A stretch of 64,000 bases of DNA. It comes from an uncultured Bacteroidales bacterium (lineage in GTDB: Bacteria; Bacteroidota; Bacteroidia; Bacteroidales; UBA932). The stretch lies in the NCBI GenBank assembly GCA_944322805.1, contig CALUQC010000117.1, forward strand, positions 169 to 64,168, read 5' to 3'. This document shows, one piece after another, positions 20,374 to 30,039 of the stretch. Position 1 is the first letter of the stretch. Each line of letters opens with the position of its first letter. A program made the position numbers and the translations under genes. Below the pieces are notes generated by a model that made no database searches, was not told the origin of the DNA, and saw only the letters and a list, made by a program, of their open reading frames with translations.

Positions 20374-21665
20374 TGATAATGCGGTCCGAAACGTTCGAAT
20401 GCGGCGCGGTCGAGGGCTTCGCGGTCGTCCGGATGCGCTATGCTGATCAGCAGTTTCGCGCGTTCCTGCATGGAACGGCCGTACAGGTCTGCCGCCCCGT
20501 ATTCGGTCACTACCCAGTGCATGTGGGCCCGGGAAGTCACTATGCCTGCTCCTTCGGCTACGACCGGGGCGATTTTGCTTATTCCCTTTTTTGTCCTTGA
20601 CGGCATGGCTATGATGGCTTTGCCGCCCTGCGAGAGCGAGGCTCCGTACACGAAGTCTATCTGGCCTCCCACTCCGGAATAGAATTTCTTACCGATAGAG
20701 TCTGCGCAGACCTGTCCCGTGAGATCTATTTGGACGGCGGAATTGATGGCCACCATTTTCGGATTCCGCGATATGATGTGCGGGTCATTGGTGTAGCCCA
20801 CGTCCATCATGGCTACCATAGGATTGTCATCTATGAAATCATAGCATTTGTGGGAGCCGAGCAGGAATGTCGCCACGATCTTGCCCTTGTCGGTCACCTT
20901 GCACGAGCCGTCTATCACGCCCTTGTCCACCAGGTCCAGCACCCCGTCGGCGAACATTTCGGTGTGGATGCCGAGATGCCTGTGCCCTCCGAGCTGTGCC
21001 AGGACAGCGTTCGGAATGGCGCCGATTCCCATCTGCAGGCACGAGCCGTCTTCTATGAGCTCCGCGCAGTGCTTTCCGATAGCGGTTTCTATTTCGTCCG
21101 GCTCCGTGAAATGTCCCGGAACGAGGGGAGTGTCATCTTCCACGAAAATGTCTATCAGGTCCATGGGAATCATTGCCTGCCCCCAGGCCCTCGGCACGTT
21201 TCTGTTTACTACGGCGATGACGGTCTTGGCGCATTCTATGGCTGCCAGCGTGGCGTCAACCGAAGTGCCTAACGATACGTAGCCGTGCTTGTCCGGAGGG
21301 CATACCTGGATCATGACCACATCGCACGGCAGGGCGCCGCACCTGTACAGTTTCTGCGTCTCGCCGAGAAACACCGGTATATAGTCCGAATAGCCTTCCT
21401 GTACGCTTTTGCGCACATTGGCACCGATGAAAAAGCCCTGGTGGAAAAATATTCCTTCGAACCTGGGGTCGGAATACGGCGCGGGGCCTTCGGTGTGCAG
21501 ATGGTGTATTTTCACATTCTTGAGTTCTCCTGCCTCGCCTCTGCGGCACATGGCTTCGATAAGAATGCCCGGAGCACTCGCAACGCTGCTCAGGTGGACG
21601 TGGTCTCCGGATTTTATCGCTTTTACAGCTTCGTCGGCACTGACGAAATGAAGATCTTTTTTCAT
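20358..21665 (-). CDS. Acetyl-CoA hydrolase/transferase family (4-hydroxybutyrate CoA-transferase-like)
   Basis: LQMGIGAIP, GIHTEMF (catalytic Glu), SGVGGQIDF, VVTEYG; start moved to MKKDLHF. Confidence 0.92.
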   Translation of the reverse strand: MKKDLHFVSADEAVKAIKSGDHVHLSSVASAPGILIEAMCRRGEAGELKNVKIHHLHTEGPAPYSDPRFEGIFFHQGFFIGANVRKSVQEGYSDYIPVFLGETQKLYRCGALPCDVVMIQVCPPDKHGYVSLGTSVDATLAAIECAKTVIAVVNRNVPRAWGQAMIPMDLIDIFVEDDTPLVPGHFTEPDEIETAIGKHCAELIEDGSCLQMGIGAIPNAVLAQLGGHRHLGIHTEMFADGVLDLVDKGVIDGSCKVTDKGKIVATFLLGSHKCYDFIDDNPMVAMMDVGYTNDPHIISRNPKMVAINSAVQIDLTGQVCADSIGKKFYSGVGGQIDFVYGASLSQGGKAIIAMPSRTKKGISKIAPVVAEGAGIVTSRAHMHWVVTEYGAADLYGRSMQERAKLLISIAHPDDREALDRAAFERFGPHYHNFSI

Positions 21666-21776
21666 AAAGGACGGGGAATTAAACAGTTCTAAAGTCCGTA
21701 ACAAGTCAAAAACTTCCAAAGGTAATATTTTTGACATTTTATTCCTATTTTTGCACGGCAAAATTCTATCGGTACC

Positions 21777-22595
21777 ATGAAATCAAGACAGGAAAAACTC
21801 GAAGCGTTCGGACGCATATTGGACATATTGGATGAACTGCGGGTCAAATGCCCGTGGGACAGGGCGCAGACCACCCAGTCCCTGAGACCGCAGACAATCG
21901 AGGAGACATACGAACTCAGCGACGCCATCCTGAAAAACGATGATGCAAATATTTCGAAAGAGCTCGGTGACGTGCTTCTCCATGTGCTTTTTTATGCGAA
22001 AATCGGGGAGGAAAACGGCACGTACGATATCGTGGATGTCATAAACCATCTTTGCGACAAGCTGATATACCGTCACCCGCACGTGTTTTCCTCCGTCCAG
22101 GTGGCAGATGCCGCTGAAGTGGTGAAAAACTGGGAGCAGCTGAAAATCAAGGAAAAGGACGGAAACAAGAGAGTCCTTTCCGGGGTGCCGGAGACCCTGC
22201 CTCCGCTTCTGAAGGCATACAGGATGCAGGACAAGGCCCGCGGAGTGGGTTTCGACTGGGAAGAAAAGTCCCAGGTATGGGACAAGGTGAGCGAGGAACT
22301 TGGGGAATTCAGGGAGGAACTCCGTTCGATGGAGTCTTCGGCTACGGAGCAGGACAGGAAGGCCGCATCGGACAGGGCGGAAGGCGAACTCGGAGACTAT
22401 CTGTTTGCAATAGTGAATGCCGCCAGGCTGTACGGGCTGAATCCGGATACGGCGCTGGAGCGGACTTGCCATAAATTCAGGCAGAGATTCACATATCTGG
22501 AGGAGCATACGATCCGTCAGGGCAGGAATCTGAAAGACATGTCATTGGAGGAAATGGATGCCATCTGGGACGAGGCCAAGGCAAAAGGCCTGTAG
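21777..22595 (+). CDS. mazG: Nucleoside triphosphate pyrophosphohydrolase
   Basis: CPWDRAQT, EETYE, ELGD twice, RHPHVF, GFDW. Confidence 0.96.
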   Translation: MKSRQEKLEAFGRILDILDELRVKCPWDRAQTTQSLRPQTIEETYELSDAILKNDDANISKELGDVLLHVLFYAKIGEENGTYDIVDVINHLCDKLIYRHPHVFSSVQVADAAEVVKNWEQLKIKEKDGNKRVLSGVPETLPPLLKAYRMQDKARGVGFDWEEKSQVWDKVSEELGEFREELRSMESSATEQDRKAASDRAEGELGDYLFAIVNAARLYGLNPDTALERTCHKFRQRFTYLEEHTIRQGRNLKDMSLEEMDAIWDEAKAKGL

Positions 22596-22669
22596 CGGCT
22601 GCTGCCTGAGGGTTGTCCGGCGTGGCATGGCTGATAAGGAATTAAGGAACAGGAAATAAATGGCGTGAA

Positions 22670-23404
22670 ATGGAGGGAATAGCGGAATGGCAGGAAAGGA
22701 CCGGGCTGCTGTTCGGGAAGGACGGGCTCGATAGACTCGCATCATCGTGCGTGGCCGTGGTCGGGGCAGGAGGCGTGGGAGGCTATGCCGCCGAAATGCT
22801 GGTCCGTGCAGGCGTGGGAAAACTCATTGTGATAGACAGCGACACCGTATCCGTCACGAACAAGAACAGGCAGATTCTCGCCCTCGATTCCACGGTCGGG
22901 AAATCCAAATGCGAGGTCATCGCCGCCAGGCTGAAAGACATAAACCCCGGACTCGAACTTTCCGCACTGCCGGTTTATCTCGAGGCCGGCAAAGTGGGGG
23001 AAGTGCTCGGAGGATATGACGTGGATTATGTGGTGGATGCCATAGACACGCTTGCCCCCAAGCTGGCGCTGATAAAATATTGTCTCGACAACCATATCCC
23101 TTTAGTGTCCTCAATGGGTGCAGGAGCAAAGACCGATCTGACGAAAATACGGATAGCGGATATTTCCCGGACTTTCAACTGCCCTTTGGCTTTTATTGTC
23201 AGGAAGCGCCTCCGGAGGGAGGGCATAAGGAAAGGGGTGCTTACGGTGTTTTCGGAAGAGCTCCCGGACAGGGCGGCGATAGTCGAATGCGACGAAAAAA
23301 ACAAGAAATCGAATGCGGGCACCGTTTCCTATATTCCTGCCGTTTTCGGCTGCGCCTGCGCCCAGGCGGTGATTGCGGGATTGCTCGGGAAAAAATTATA
23401 TTGA
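22670..23404 (+). CDS. tcdA: tRNA threonylcarbamoyladenosine dehydratase (ThiF family)
   Basis: GAGGVGG, NKNRQ, VVDAID, SSMGAG, CPLA, VFSEE. Confidence 0.88.
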   Translation: MEGIAEWQERTGLLFGKDGLDRLASSCVAVVGAGGVGGYAAEMLVRAGVGKLIVIDSDTVSVTNKNRQILALDSTVGKSKCEVIAARLKDINPGLELSALPVYLEAGKVGEVLGGYDVDYVVDAIDTLAPKLALIKYCLDNHIPLVSSMGAGAKTDLTKIRIADISRTFNCPLAFIVRKRLRREGIRKGVLTVFSEELPDRAAIVECDEKNKKSNAGTVSYIPAVFGCACAQAVIAGLLGKKLY

Positions 23405-23432
23405 AAAATTTCAAAACAGTTTCTAAATTTGC
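23391..23432 (+). promoter_or_regulatory. Promoter-forming 42-bp repeat (identical to 53494-53535)
   Basis: AAAAATTATATTGAAAAATTTCAAAACAGTTTCTAAATTTGC; contains TTG-N20-TAAATTTG. Confidence 0.8.
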
Positions 23433-23490
23433 AACTTTGACCTGAATGATTCCCGGGTCTGGACCCATTGTAATTGTATAGACTTGTCTT

Positions 23491-24624
23491 ATGGCTGATT
23501 ATAAAGTAGTTGAAGTCGTTTCCAAACGTGATCTGAAAAAGTTCATCAAGTTTCCGAACGAATTGTACAGGGATTGTCCCCAATACGTGCCTGCATTGGT
23601 CGCAGACCAGGTAAAGTCTCTGACGACGGTCTCGTCCGCCAAATACTGCCCCCACAAGATGTGGATGGTCATGGACGGAGGGAAGCCTGCCGGCAGGATA
23701 TGCGGAATGATAAATCCCCGGTACAACGAGAGGTACGGCAAGAAAAGAGCCCGTTTCGGATGGTTCGACACTGTCAATGATTTGGAAGTGGCGCGGCTGC
23801 TTCTCGGTACAGCGGAAAAATGGGCTGAGGAAAACGGTATGGACGAGATACACGGCCCACTTTATTACAATACGCTCGGAAAGCAGGGCATGCTGGTGGA
23901 GGGCTATGAAAACATACCGCCTTTCAACTGCCTGTACAACTACCCGTACTACAATGACCTGGTGACGGCCCTCGGATATGAGAAGGAATGCGACTGGGTG
24001 CAGTACAAGCTGAGGGCCGACCAGCAGCTTCCGGACAAGATGCTGTCCATCGCCGACAGGCTCATGGCCCGCTACAAGCTGGTGGAGGGCGATATCGACA
24101 GCCTGAAACATGACAAGGCCCTGGTAAGGGAGTTTTTCCGGATATACAACGAGAGTTTTTCGGAAAGCGTGTACAATTTCATTCCGTTTACCGACGAGGA
24201 AATAGAGGAGGAGGCCTCGCAGACCATAGGCCTTTTGGACAAGCGCCTCTGCTGCTTCCTTTTGGATGAAAACAGGGAGATTGCAGCTTTCGGCGTATCT
24301 TTCCCGTCCATTTCGAAGGCTTTGCAGAAAGCCCGGGGCTCGATGTTCCCGTTCGGGTGGATTCATTTCCTGAGGGCCCTGAAAAAATTCGATACCATAG
24401 ATTTGATGATAAACGGCGCCGCCCCGAAGTGGCAGAATACCGGAGTGTCTTCGGTATATCATAATATTATGGCAAGGAAGTACCGCGAATCCGGCGTGAA
24501 ATGGGCCATTACTAACCCTCAGATCGATACCAATTCCGCGTCTTTCGTCTGGGGCAAGTACGAGCATGAACTGTATATGCGGCGCAGGTGTTATGTAAAG
24601 ACGATAGCAAACAAGGAGAAATGA
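23491..24624 (+). CDS. YghO-like GNAT-fold acyltransferase (family includes bacterial ceramide synthase)
   Basis: DLKKFIKFP.ELY, ARFGWFD, IHGPL, GMLVEG, YNYPYY pattern. Confidence 0.7.
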   Translation: MADYKVVEVVSKRDLKKFIKFPNELYRDCPQYVPALVADQVKSLTTVSSAKYCPHKMWMVMDGGKPAGRICGMINPRYNERYGKKRARFGWFDTVNDLEVARLLLGTAEKWAEENGMDEIHGPLYYNTLGKQGMLVEGYENIPPFNCLYNYPYYNDLVTALGYEKECDWVQYKLRADQQLPDKMLSIADRLMARYKLVEGDIDSLKHDKALVREFFRIYNESFSESVYNFIPFTDEEIEEEASQTIGLLDKRLCCFLLDENREIAAFGVSFPSISKALQKARGSMFPFGWIHFLRALKKFDTIDLMINGAAPKWQNTGVSSVYHNIMARKYRESGVKWAITNPQIDTNSASFVWGKYEHELYMRRRCYVKTIANKEK

Positions 24625-24627
24625 CAT

Positions 24628-25713
24628 ATGGCGGAAAATTCATTGATAGAAAAGATTGCAGGATTGCAGGAGAAGTATGACAGTCTCCAGAAGCAGCTTT
24701 CGGATCCGGAAGTGATTTCGGACATGAAGAAGTATGTGCAGCTGAACAAGGAGTACAAGGAACTGTCGCCTATCATCGAGGCCGGAAAGGAGTACAGGAA
24801 AATGGTGGACGACTATGATTCCGCCAAGGAAATACTTGCCGGCGAAAAGGACGAGGAGCTGAGAGAGATGGCCAAGGATGAAATAGCGGCCATCGAGGAG
24901 AAGATTCCTGGCATGGAGGAGAACATCAAGCTGCTTCTCATACCTGCCGACCCGCAGGACAGCAAGAATGCGATACTCGAAATCCGCGGAGGTACGGGCG
25001 GGGACGAGGCTGCCATTTTTGCGGGCGACCTGTTCAGGATGTATTCGAAATATGCCGAGAAGAAAGGCTGGAAGATAGAGGTGACCAACCAGTCCGAAGG
25101 CGCTGCCGGAGGATTCAAGGAAATCGTATGCAAGATTTCGGGGGACCATGTCTACGGCACCATGAAGTATGAGTCAGGGGTGCATCGCGTCCAGAGAGTG
25201 CCTCAGACCGAGACCCAGGGCCGTGTCCACACCTCTGCGGCATCCGTGGCAGTGCTGCCGGAGGCTGACGAGTTCGACATAGAGCTGAACATGAACGACA
25301 TCAGGAAAGACACCTTCTGTTCGTCCGGGCCGGGAGGACAGTCCGTGAATACGACGTATTCCGCCATAAGGCTGACGCATATTCCGTCCGGAATCGTGGT
25401 GCAGTGCCAGGACGAGAAATCACAGCTCAAGAATTTCGACAAGGCTCTCGCCGAGCTCAGGACGAGGCTCTATAACATGGAGTACGAGAAGTATCTGAAC
25501 GAGATTTCGGCAAAACGGAAGACCATGGTGTCTACCGGAGACCGTTCGGCCAAGATCAGGACTTACAACTATCCTCAGTCGAGGGTGACCGACCACAGGA
25601 TAAACTATACCATGTACAATCTTCCGGTCTTTATGGACGGTGAAATCCAGGAAGTGATAGACCAGCTCCAGATAGCGGAGAATGCCGAGCGCCTCAGGGC
25701 TGCGGCCGAGTAG
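24628..25713 (+). CDS. prfA: Peptide chain release factor 1
   Basis: [12 protein letters not shown] (PxT motif), [16 protein letters not shown]. Confidence 0.97.
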   Translation: MAENSLIEKIAGLQEKYDSLQKQLSDPEVISDMKKYVQLNKEYKELSPIIEAGKEYRKMVDDYDSAKEILAGEKDEELREMAKDEIAAIEEKIPGMEENIKLLLIPADPQDSKNAILEIRGGTGGDEAAIFAGDLFRMYSKYAEKKGWKIEVTNQSEGAAGGFKEIVCKISGDHVYGTMKYESGVHRVQRVPQTETQGRVHTSAASVAVLPEADEFDIELNMNDIRKDTFCSSGPGGQSVNTTYSAIRLTHIPSGIVVQCQDEKSQLKNFDKALAELRTRLYNMEYEKYLNEISAKRKTMVSTGDRSAKIRTYNYPQSRVTDHRINYTMYNLPVFMDGEIQEVIDQLQIAENAERLRAAAE

Positions 25714-25724
25714 GAGGCGGGAGA

Positions 25725-26426
25725 ATGGACCGGAATTTCGACAAGTATGCCGGGCAGTACGATGCCTGGTTTCTGAAAAACAGGAACGTCCTCTATTCCG
25801 AGGCTGCCCTGGTGGCCTATTTCCTTGAAAAGGGGGAAAGAATCCTTTCGATCGGCTGCGGCAGCGGCCTGTTCGAGCAGATATTGCGTACCGACTACGG
25901 CATAGTCATCACGGACGGGGTGGAGCCTTCATCAGATATGGCGGCTGTCGCAAGGGCCCGCGGCATGAATGTAACGGTGGCTACGGCGGAAGAATACGAA
26001 GCCTGCGGGCAGGAGTACGATACGGTGCTTTACAACGGCTGCCCCGGTTATATTACAGATCTCGACAAGGCTTTGTCCCACAGCTGGAAAGCATTGAAAA
26101 AGGGAGGGAAAGCCGTCCTGATAGATATCCCGAAGGAGAGTTCGTACGGGCTGCTCTACAATTTGGCGAAAGCGTTGGGCACATGGCATCATCCTCTTGT
26201 CGAGGGGACATATCCTGTGGACCCGTACCCGATAGAGCTCGTGGACAAGTCGAACTGGAGGACAACAGCGGAAAAGGTGGAAGCCATGAAAAAGGCCGGA
26301 TTCGGGGACTTTTCGTTTGCCCAGACCCTGACCGCACATCCTCTTTATTCGAATGATGCCGTAGAGAAGCCCGTGCCCGGATACGACAGGGGAGACTATG
26401 TCGCTATATGCGGAATAAAAAAATAA
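25725..26426 (+). CDS. Class I SAM-dependent methyltransferase
   Basis: LSIGCGSG motif I, GVEPS. Confidence 0.85.
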   Translation: MDRNFDKYAGQYDAWFLKNRNVLYSEAALVAYFLEKGERILSIGCGSGLFEQILRTDYGIVITDGVEPSSDMAAVARARGMNVTVATAEEYEACGQEYDTVLYNGCPGYITDLDKALSHSWKALKKGGKAVLIDIPKESSYGLLYNLAKALGTWHHPLVEGTYPVDPYPIELVDKSNWRTTAEKVEAMKKAGFGDFSFAQTLTAHPLYSNDAVEKPVPGYDRGDYVAICGIKK

Positions 26427-26430
26427 CGTA

Positions 26431-27225
26431 ATGCTCGAAATGGAAAATCTTTGCAGGGATCTGGACAAGGTCCGGAAAATTTCCCCGCTCGTACATAATA
26501 TCACCAACTATGTGGTGATGAACAATACCGCCAACGCCCTTCTGGCAATAGGGGCTTCCCCCGTGATGGCCCATTCGGTGGACGAGGTGGCGGACATGGC
26601 TTCCATCGCTTCCTCGCTCGTGCTGAATATCGGCACGTTGGAGGAATCATGGGTGGATGCCATGCTCATTGCGGCGGAAGCCGCACACAAGGCCGGAATC
26701 CCTGTCATATTCGACCCTGTCGGGGCCGGCGCCACTCCCTACCGGTCGGAGACTTGCCGCAGGATGCTGGAAGAATGCCGGCCTTCCGTGATAAGGGGGA
26801 ATGCTTCTGAAATCATGGCATTGCTGAACGTGTCTTCCAGGACCAAGGGCGTGGACAGTACGGCATCGTCCGACTCCGCCGTCGCCTCCGCAAAGGAGCT
26901 TGCCTCCGCGACCGGTGCGGTAGTGGTCATAAGCGGGGCCGTGGACTATGTTACGGACGGAAGCCGGCTTGAGTCGGTGACTAACGGCCATCCCATGATG
27001 TCGAAGGTGACGGGCATGGGATGTACGGCTACGGCTGTCACCGGGGCCTTCGCAGCGGTGAACAACGATTTGTGCGAGGCTTCACTCCATGCCATGACGG
27101 TAATGGGGGTGGCAGGAGAAATCGCGGCCCGGAATGCAAAGGGACCGGGCAGCCTCCAGATGGAATTTCTCGATGCATTGTACTGTCTTGACGAGACTCT
27201 CCTGAGAAAACATGTCAGGCCATGA
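26431..27225 (+). CDS. thiM: Hydroxyethylthiazole kinase
   Basis: PLVHNITNYV, LNIGT, DPVGAGA, IRGNASEI, VTGMGC. Confidence 0.96.
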   Translation: MLEMENLCRDLDKVRKISPLVHNITNYVVMNNTANALLAIGASPVMAHSVDEVADMASIASSLVLNIGTLEESWVDAMLIAAEAAHKAGIPVIFDPVGAGATPYRSETCRRMLEECRPSVIRGNASEIMALLNVSSRTKGVDSTASSDSAVASAKELASATGAVVVISGAVDYVTDGSRLESVTNGHPMMSKVTGMGCTATAVTGAFAAVNNDLCEASLHAMTVMGVAGEIAARNAKGPGSLQMEFLDALYCLDETLLRKHVRP

Positions 27226-27866
27226 GACCGGAGCAGCTTGAACTTTACTTGGTGACCGACAGAGGGCTATCCCTCGGCCGGAGCATTCTGGATGTGGTAT
27301 GCGAAGCCGTCAGGGGTGGAGTGACCATGGTGCAGCTCCGTGAAAAGGAGTGCAGTTCCAGGGAATTTCTTGAACTTGCCGTGGCCTTGAAGGAGCGTCT
27401 TTCCGGGACAGGCGTGCCTCTCGTCATAAACGACAGGGTGGACATAGCCCTGGCTTCCGGCGCGGACGGGGTGCATGTCGGGCAGAGCGACCTGCCTTGC
27501 GATATCGTGCGCAGGCTTCTGGGACCTGACAGGATAGTGGGACTTTCAGTGGAAAGCGTGGAGGATGCCATGAAGGCGAATGACTGCGATGTGGACTATA
27601 TCGGAGTTTCTCCCGTCTTTTCCACGCCTACAAAGACCGATACGGCTCCGGCGCTCGGATACGAAGGATTGAGAGCCGTTGCCGGCCTATCCCGGCATCC
27701 GGCTGTCGGGATAGGCGGCATCAATGCCGGGAATGCGGCTGAAATCATCAGATGCGGTGCAGACGGGATAGCCGTGGTGTCCGCCATAATGTCGGCTCCG
27801 GACCCGTATGCTGCGGCTGCCGGATTGGCGGCGTCTGTCAGGACTGCCGTGGAGGCCCGGAAATGA
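27222..27866 (+). CDS. thiE: Thiamine-phosphate synthase
   Basis: LYLVTD, VQLREK, INDRVD, GVHVGQSD, TPTK, IGGI. Confidence 0.96.
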   Translation: MRPEQLELYLVTDRGLSLGRSILDVVCEAVRGGVTMVQLREKECSSREFLELAVALKERLSGTGVPLVINDRVDIALASGADGVHVGQSDLPCDIVRRLLGPDRIVGLSVESVEDAMKANDCDVDYIGVSPVFSTPTKTDTAPALGYEGLRAVAGLSRHPAVGIGGINAGNAAEIIRCGADGIAVVSAIMSAPDPYAAAAGLAASVRTAVEARK

Positions 27867-28492
27867 AGTGGAGCGTGACGGCATGGGAGGCTGCGGCACC
27901 GGTATTCGAGAGGATAAAGGCCCTGCCTTTCATCAGGGAACTTGCAGCTGGAACGCTTCCGTACAGGAAATTCCTTTATTATCTCGGACAGGATTCCATT
28001 TATCTGAAAGAGTACGGACAGCTGATGTCGGTGATGGCGTCGAGATTCGACGAGCCTGACAATTCGCGGCTGTTCATGAAATTCGCCGGGGACAATCTCG
28101 ATTCGGAGAAGGCATTGCATGAGTCGTATTCCGCGTGTGACGGTGCAGAGGCTTCCCCGACAACTCTTTTCTGCATGTCTCATTTGCGGCATCAGGTGAC
28201 GGAGGAGCCTCTCGAGGTGGCTTTGGCATCTGTCCTGCCGTGTTTTACCGTTTATGAAAAGGCCGGCAAGTTCATTTATGAAAATGCAGTGACAGAGGGC
28301 AATCCGTACAGGGCCTGGATAGAGATGTACGGAGGAGATACTTTCGATGATTCTACGGAAAGGCTTTTGGAACTGTGCGATGAATATGCCGTGCGGGCTT
28401 CGTCCGGGATGCGGGACAGGATGACGCTGGCTTTCAGGGAAGGCGTGGAATCGGAGTGGAAGTTCTGGAACAGCGCATATCTTGCTGTCTGA
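27863..28492 (+). CDS. tenA: TenA family thiaminase II / aminopyrimidine aminohydrolase
   Basis: YLGQDSIYL, LPC (catalytic Cys), YRAWIEMY, EWKFW; ATGA overlap with thiE. Confidence 0.88.
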   Translation: MKWSVTAWEAAAPVFERIKALPFIRELAAGTLPYRKFLYYLGQDSIYLKEYGQLMSVMASRFDEPDNSRLFMKFAGDNLDSEKALHESYSACDGAEASPTTLFCMSHLRHQVTEEPLEVALASVLPCFTVYEKAGKFIYENAVTEGNPYRAWIEMYGGDTFDDSTERLLELCDEYAVRASSGMRDRMTLAFREGVESEWKFWNSAYLAV

Positions 28493-28498
28493 ATCTTC

Positions 28499-29119
28499 TC
28501 AGTGCGCGTGGCCGAACATGAAGCCGAGATATATCCTCGGCCCGGTGACGAAGTCATCTTTCATATTGCTGATATTCAGCATGTAATCGATTTTTATCAC
28601 TAAATTAACCTTCGGCGTCAGCGCATATTCCGCACCTACGAACGGTGCAAAGGCTGCAAACCCGTATTTTCTGTATGAAATGCACTTTTCAGCCGTGTAG
28701 TCGTCACTGATTTCCGACAGGATGGTGGTATTCGTCAGGCTTCCGCCTCCTATGGTACCGCCTATGAAAATATTCCATTTGCCTGCATTCCATACGCAGT
28801 CCGCAAGGATTCCTCCCCAGCCTGTTTCCGCATGGCTGTCATTTTTCCCGTAATTCAGGGTGGACACGTATCCTTCCGCCCCTATTCTGAGATGTTTGCC
28901 GAAAAGGAATTTCATGGCTCCGCCAATCCCGTACGGGGCGCCGGATACGGGGACTTCCGTGACTGTTCCGTCCAGTGCGGCAATGCTCAGGCTGCTGCTC
29001 CCGACATATCCGGTGTGCAGCATCATTCCTCCTGTAAAACCTTTGTACTGCATTCGGTTTTCGGCCCGGCAGAGAAGGGCGGAGAGCATGCAGAAAATGA
29101 GTAAAAGGATACGCTTCAT
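28499..29119 (-). CDS. Hypothetical exported protein, probable small outer-membrane beta-barrel
   Basis: Signal peptide; Gly/aromatic alternating strands; C-terminal PRIYLGFMF. Confidence 0.6.
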   Translation of the reverse strand: MKRILLLIFCMLSALLCRAENRMQYKGFTGGMMLHTGYVGSSSLSIAALDGTVTEVPVSGAPYGIGGAMKFLFGKHLRIGAEGYVSTLNYGKNDSHAETGWGGILADCVWNAGKWNIFIGGTIGGGSLTNTTILSEISDDYTAEKCISYRKYGFAAFAPFVGAEYALTPKVNLVIKIDYMLNISNMKDDFVTGPRIYLGFMFGHAH

Positions 29120-29165
29120 GTTTTTTTCCGTTGAAATTTTATTTGCCGTAATGAAATCGGGGCGT

Positions 29166-29190
29166 CAAAGATAAGAAACTGTTTTGAAAT
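29166..29190 (-). promoter_or_regulatory. Minus-strand promoter with a partial copy of the dispersed element
   Basis: ATTTCAAAACAGTTTCT directly followed by TATCTTTG (-7); an opposite-strand TATTTTTG at 29194-29201 would serve thiD. Confidence 0.65.
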
Positions 29191-29221
29191 GACTATTTTT
29201 GCAGTTACTAAAATTTCTGAT

Positions 29222-30031
29222 ATGAGAAAATACAAGGTGGCACTGTCCATAGCGGGCAGTGATCCGAGCGGAGGCGCAGGCCTGCAGGCGGATTTGAAAA
29301 CGTTTTCGGCATGCGGATGTTACGGAGCTACGGCCGTGGTGGCGGTAGTGGATGAAAATACGGCAGGGGTGACCGGAGTGCATCCTGTACCTGTGAATTT
29401 CGTGGTCGGGCAGATAAGGTCCGTTATGGACGATATCGGTGCGGATGCCGTCAAGATAGGTATGCTTCACAGTTCGGAACTGATAGTGGCGGTAAGGGAG
29501 ACTCTCGGGAGGTATGATACCCGGAACATAGTGCTCGACCCGGTGATGGTGGCCACTTCGGGCGATCCGCTTCTGGAGGAGGATGCGGTCGGAACGTTGA
29601 AAAACGTACTTGTGCCTTTTGCAAGGGTCATCACCCCCAATATCCCGGAAGCCGAGATTCTCCTGGGGGAGCGGATACAGTCCCAGGACGATCTGCCCGA
29701 GTGCGCACGCATGCTGTCTCAGGACGGGAAAGTCTCCGTGCTCCTGAAGGCAGGGCATCTTTCGGATGAAAAATTAGTGGACGTATTCTACAATGCGGAA
29801 ACGGACGAGATACTGAAATTGGAGTCCCGTCGGCTCGATACGAAAAACACTCACGGTACGGGCTGCACTCTTTCTTCTGCGGTGGCTTCTTTCCTGGCGA
29901 GAGGTTATTCCCTGAACGATGCCGTCAGAAGCGCCAAGGATTACATCACACGGGCCATAGAGGCCGGAGCCCGATACGAAATCGGACACGGGCACGGGCC
30001 GGTGCATCATTTTTTCAATTTCTGGGACTGA
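29222..30031 (+). CDS. thiD: Hydroxymethylpyrimidine/phosphomethylpyrimidine kinase
   Basis: IAGSDPSGGAGLQADLKT, VKIGML, DPVMVATSG, THGTGCTLS. Confidence 0.96.
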   Translation: MRKYKVALSIAGSDPSGGAGLQADLKTFSACGCYGATAVVAVVDENTAGVTGVHPVPVNFVVGQIRSVMDDIGADAVKIGMLHSSELIVAVRETLGRYDTRNIVLDPVMVATSGDPLLEEDAVGTLKNVLVPFARVITPNIPEAEILLGERIQSQDDLPECARMLSQDGKVSVLLKAGHLSDEKLVDVFYNAETDEILKLESRRLDTKNTHGTGCTLSSAVASFLARGYSLNDAVRSAKDYITRAIEAGARYEIGHGHGPVHHFFNFWD

Positions 30032-30039
30032 TATCGGAT

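Noticed and set aside
21777-23404. MazG plus ThiF protein as a defence module
   Set aside because: Both match housekeeping forms (tandem-domain MazG, TcdA); no E2/JAB or toxin partners
23329-24627. 432-aa minus-strand ORF, and similar 250-430 aa ORFs opposite cysteine synthase, prfB, GH2, GH20, phoH, M28-TonB, leuS and ettA
   Set aside because: All lie opposite well-supported genes; expected from GC3-rich codon usage
29120-29221. TPP riboswitch upstream of thiD
   Set aside because: No CTGAGA or conserved TPP core seen; the short spacer is occupied by back-to-back promoters
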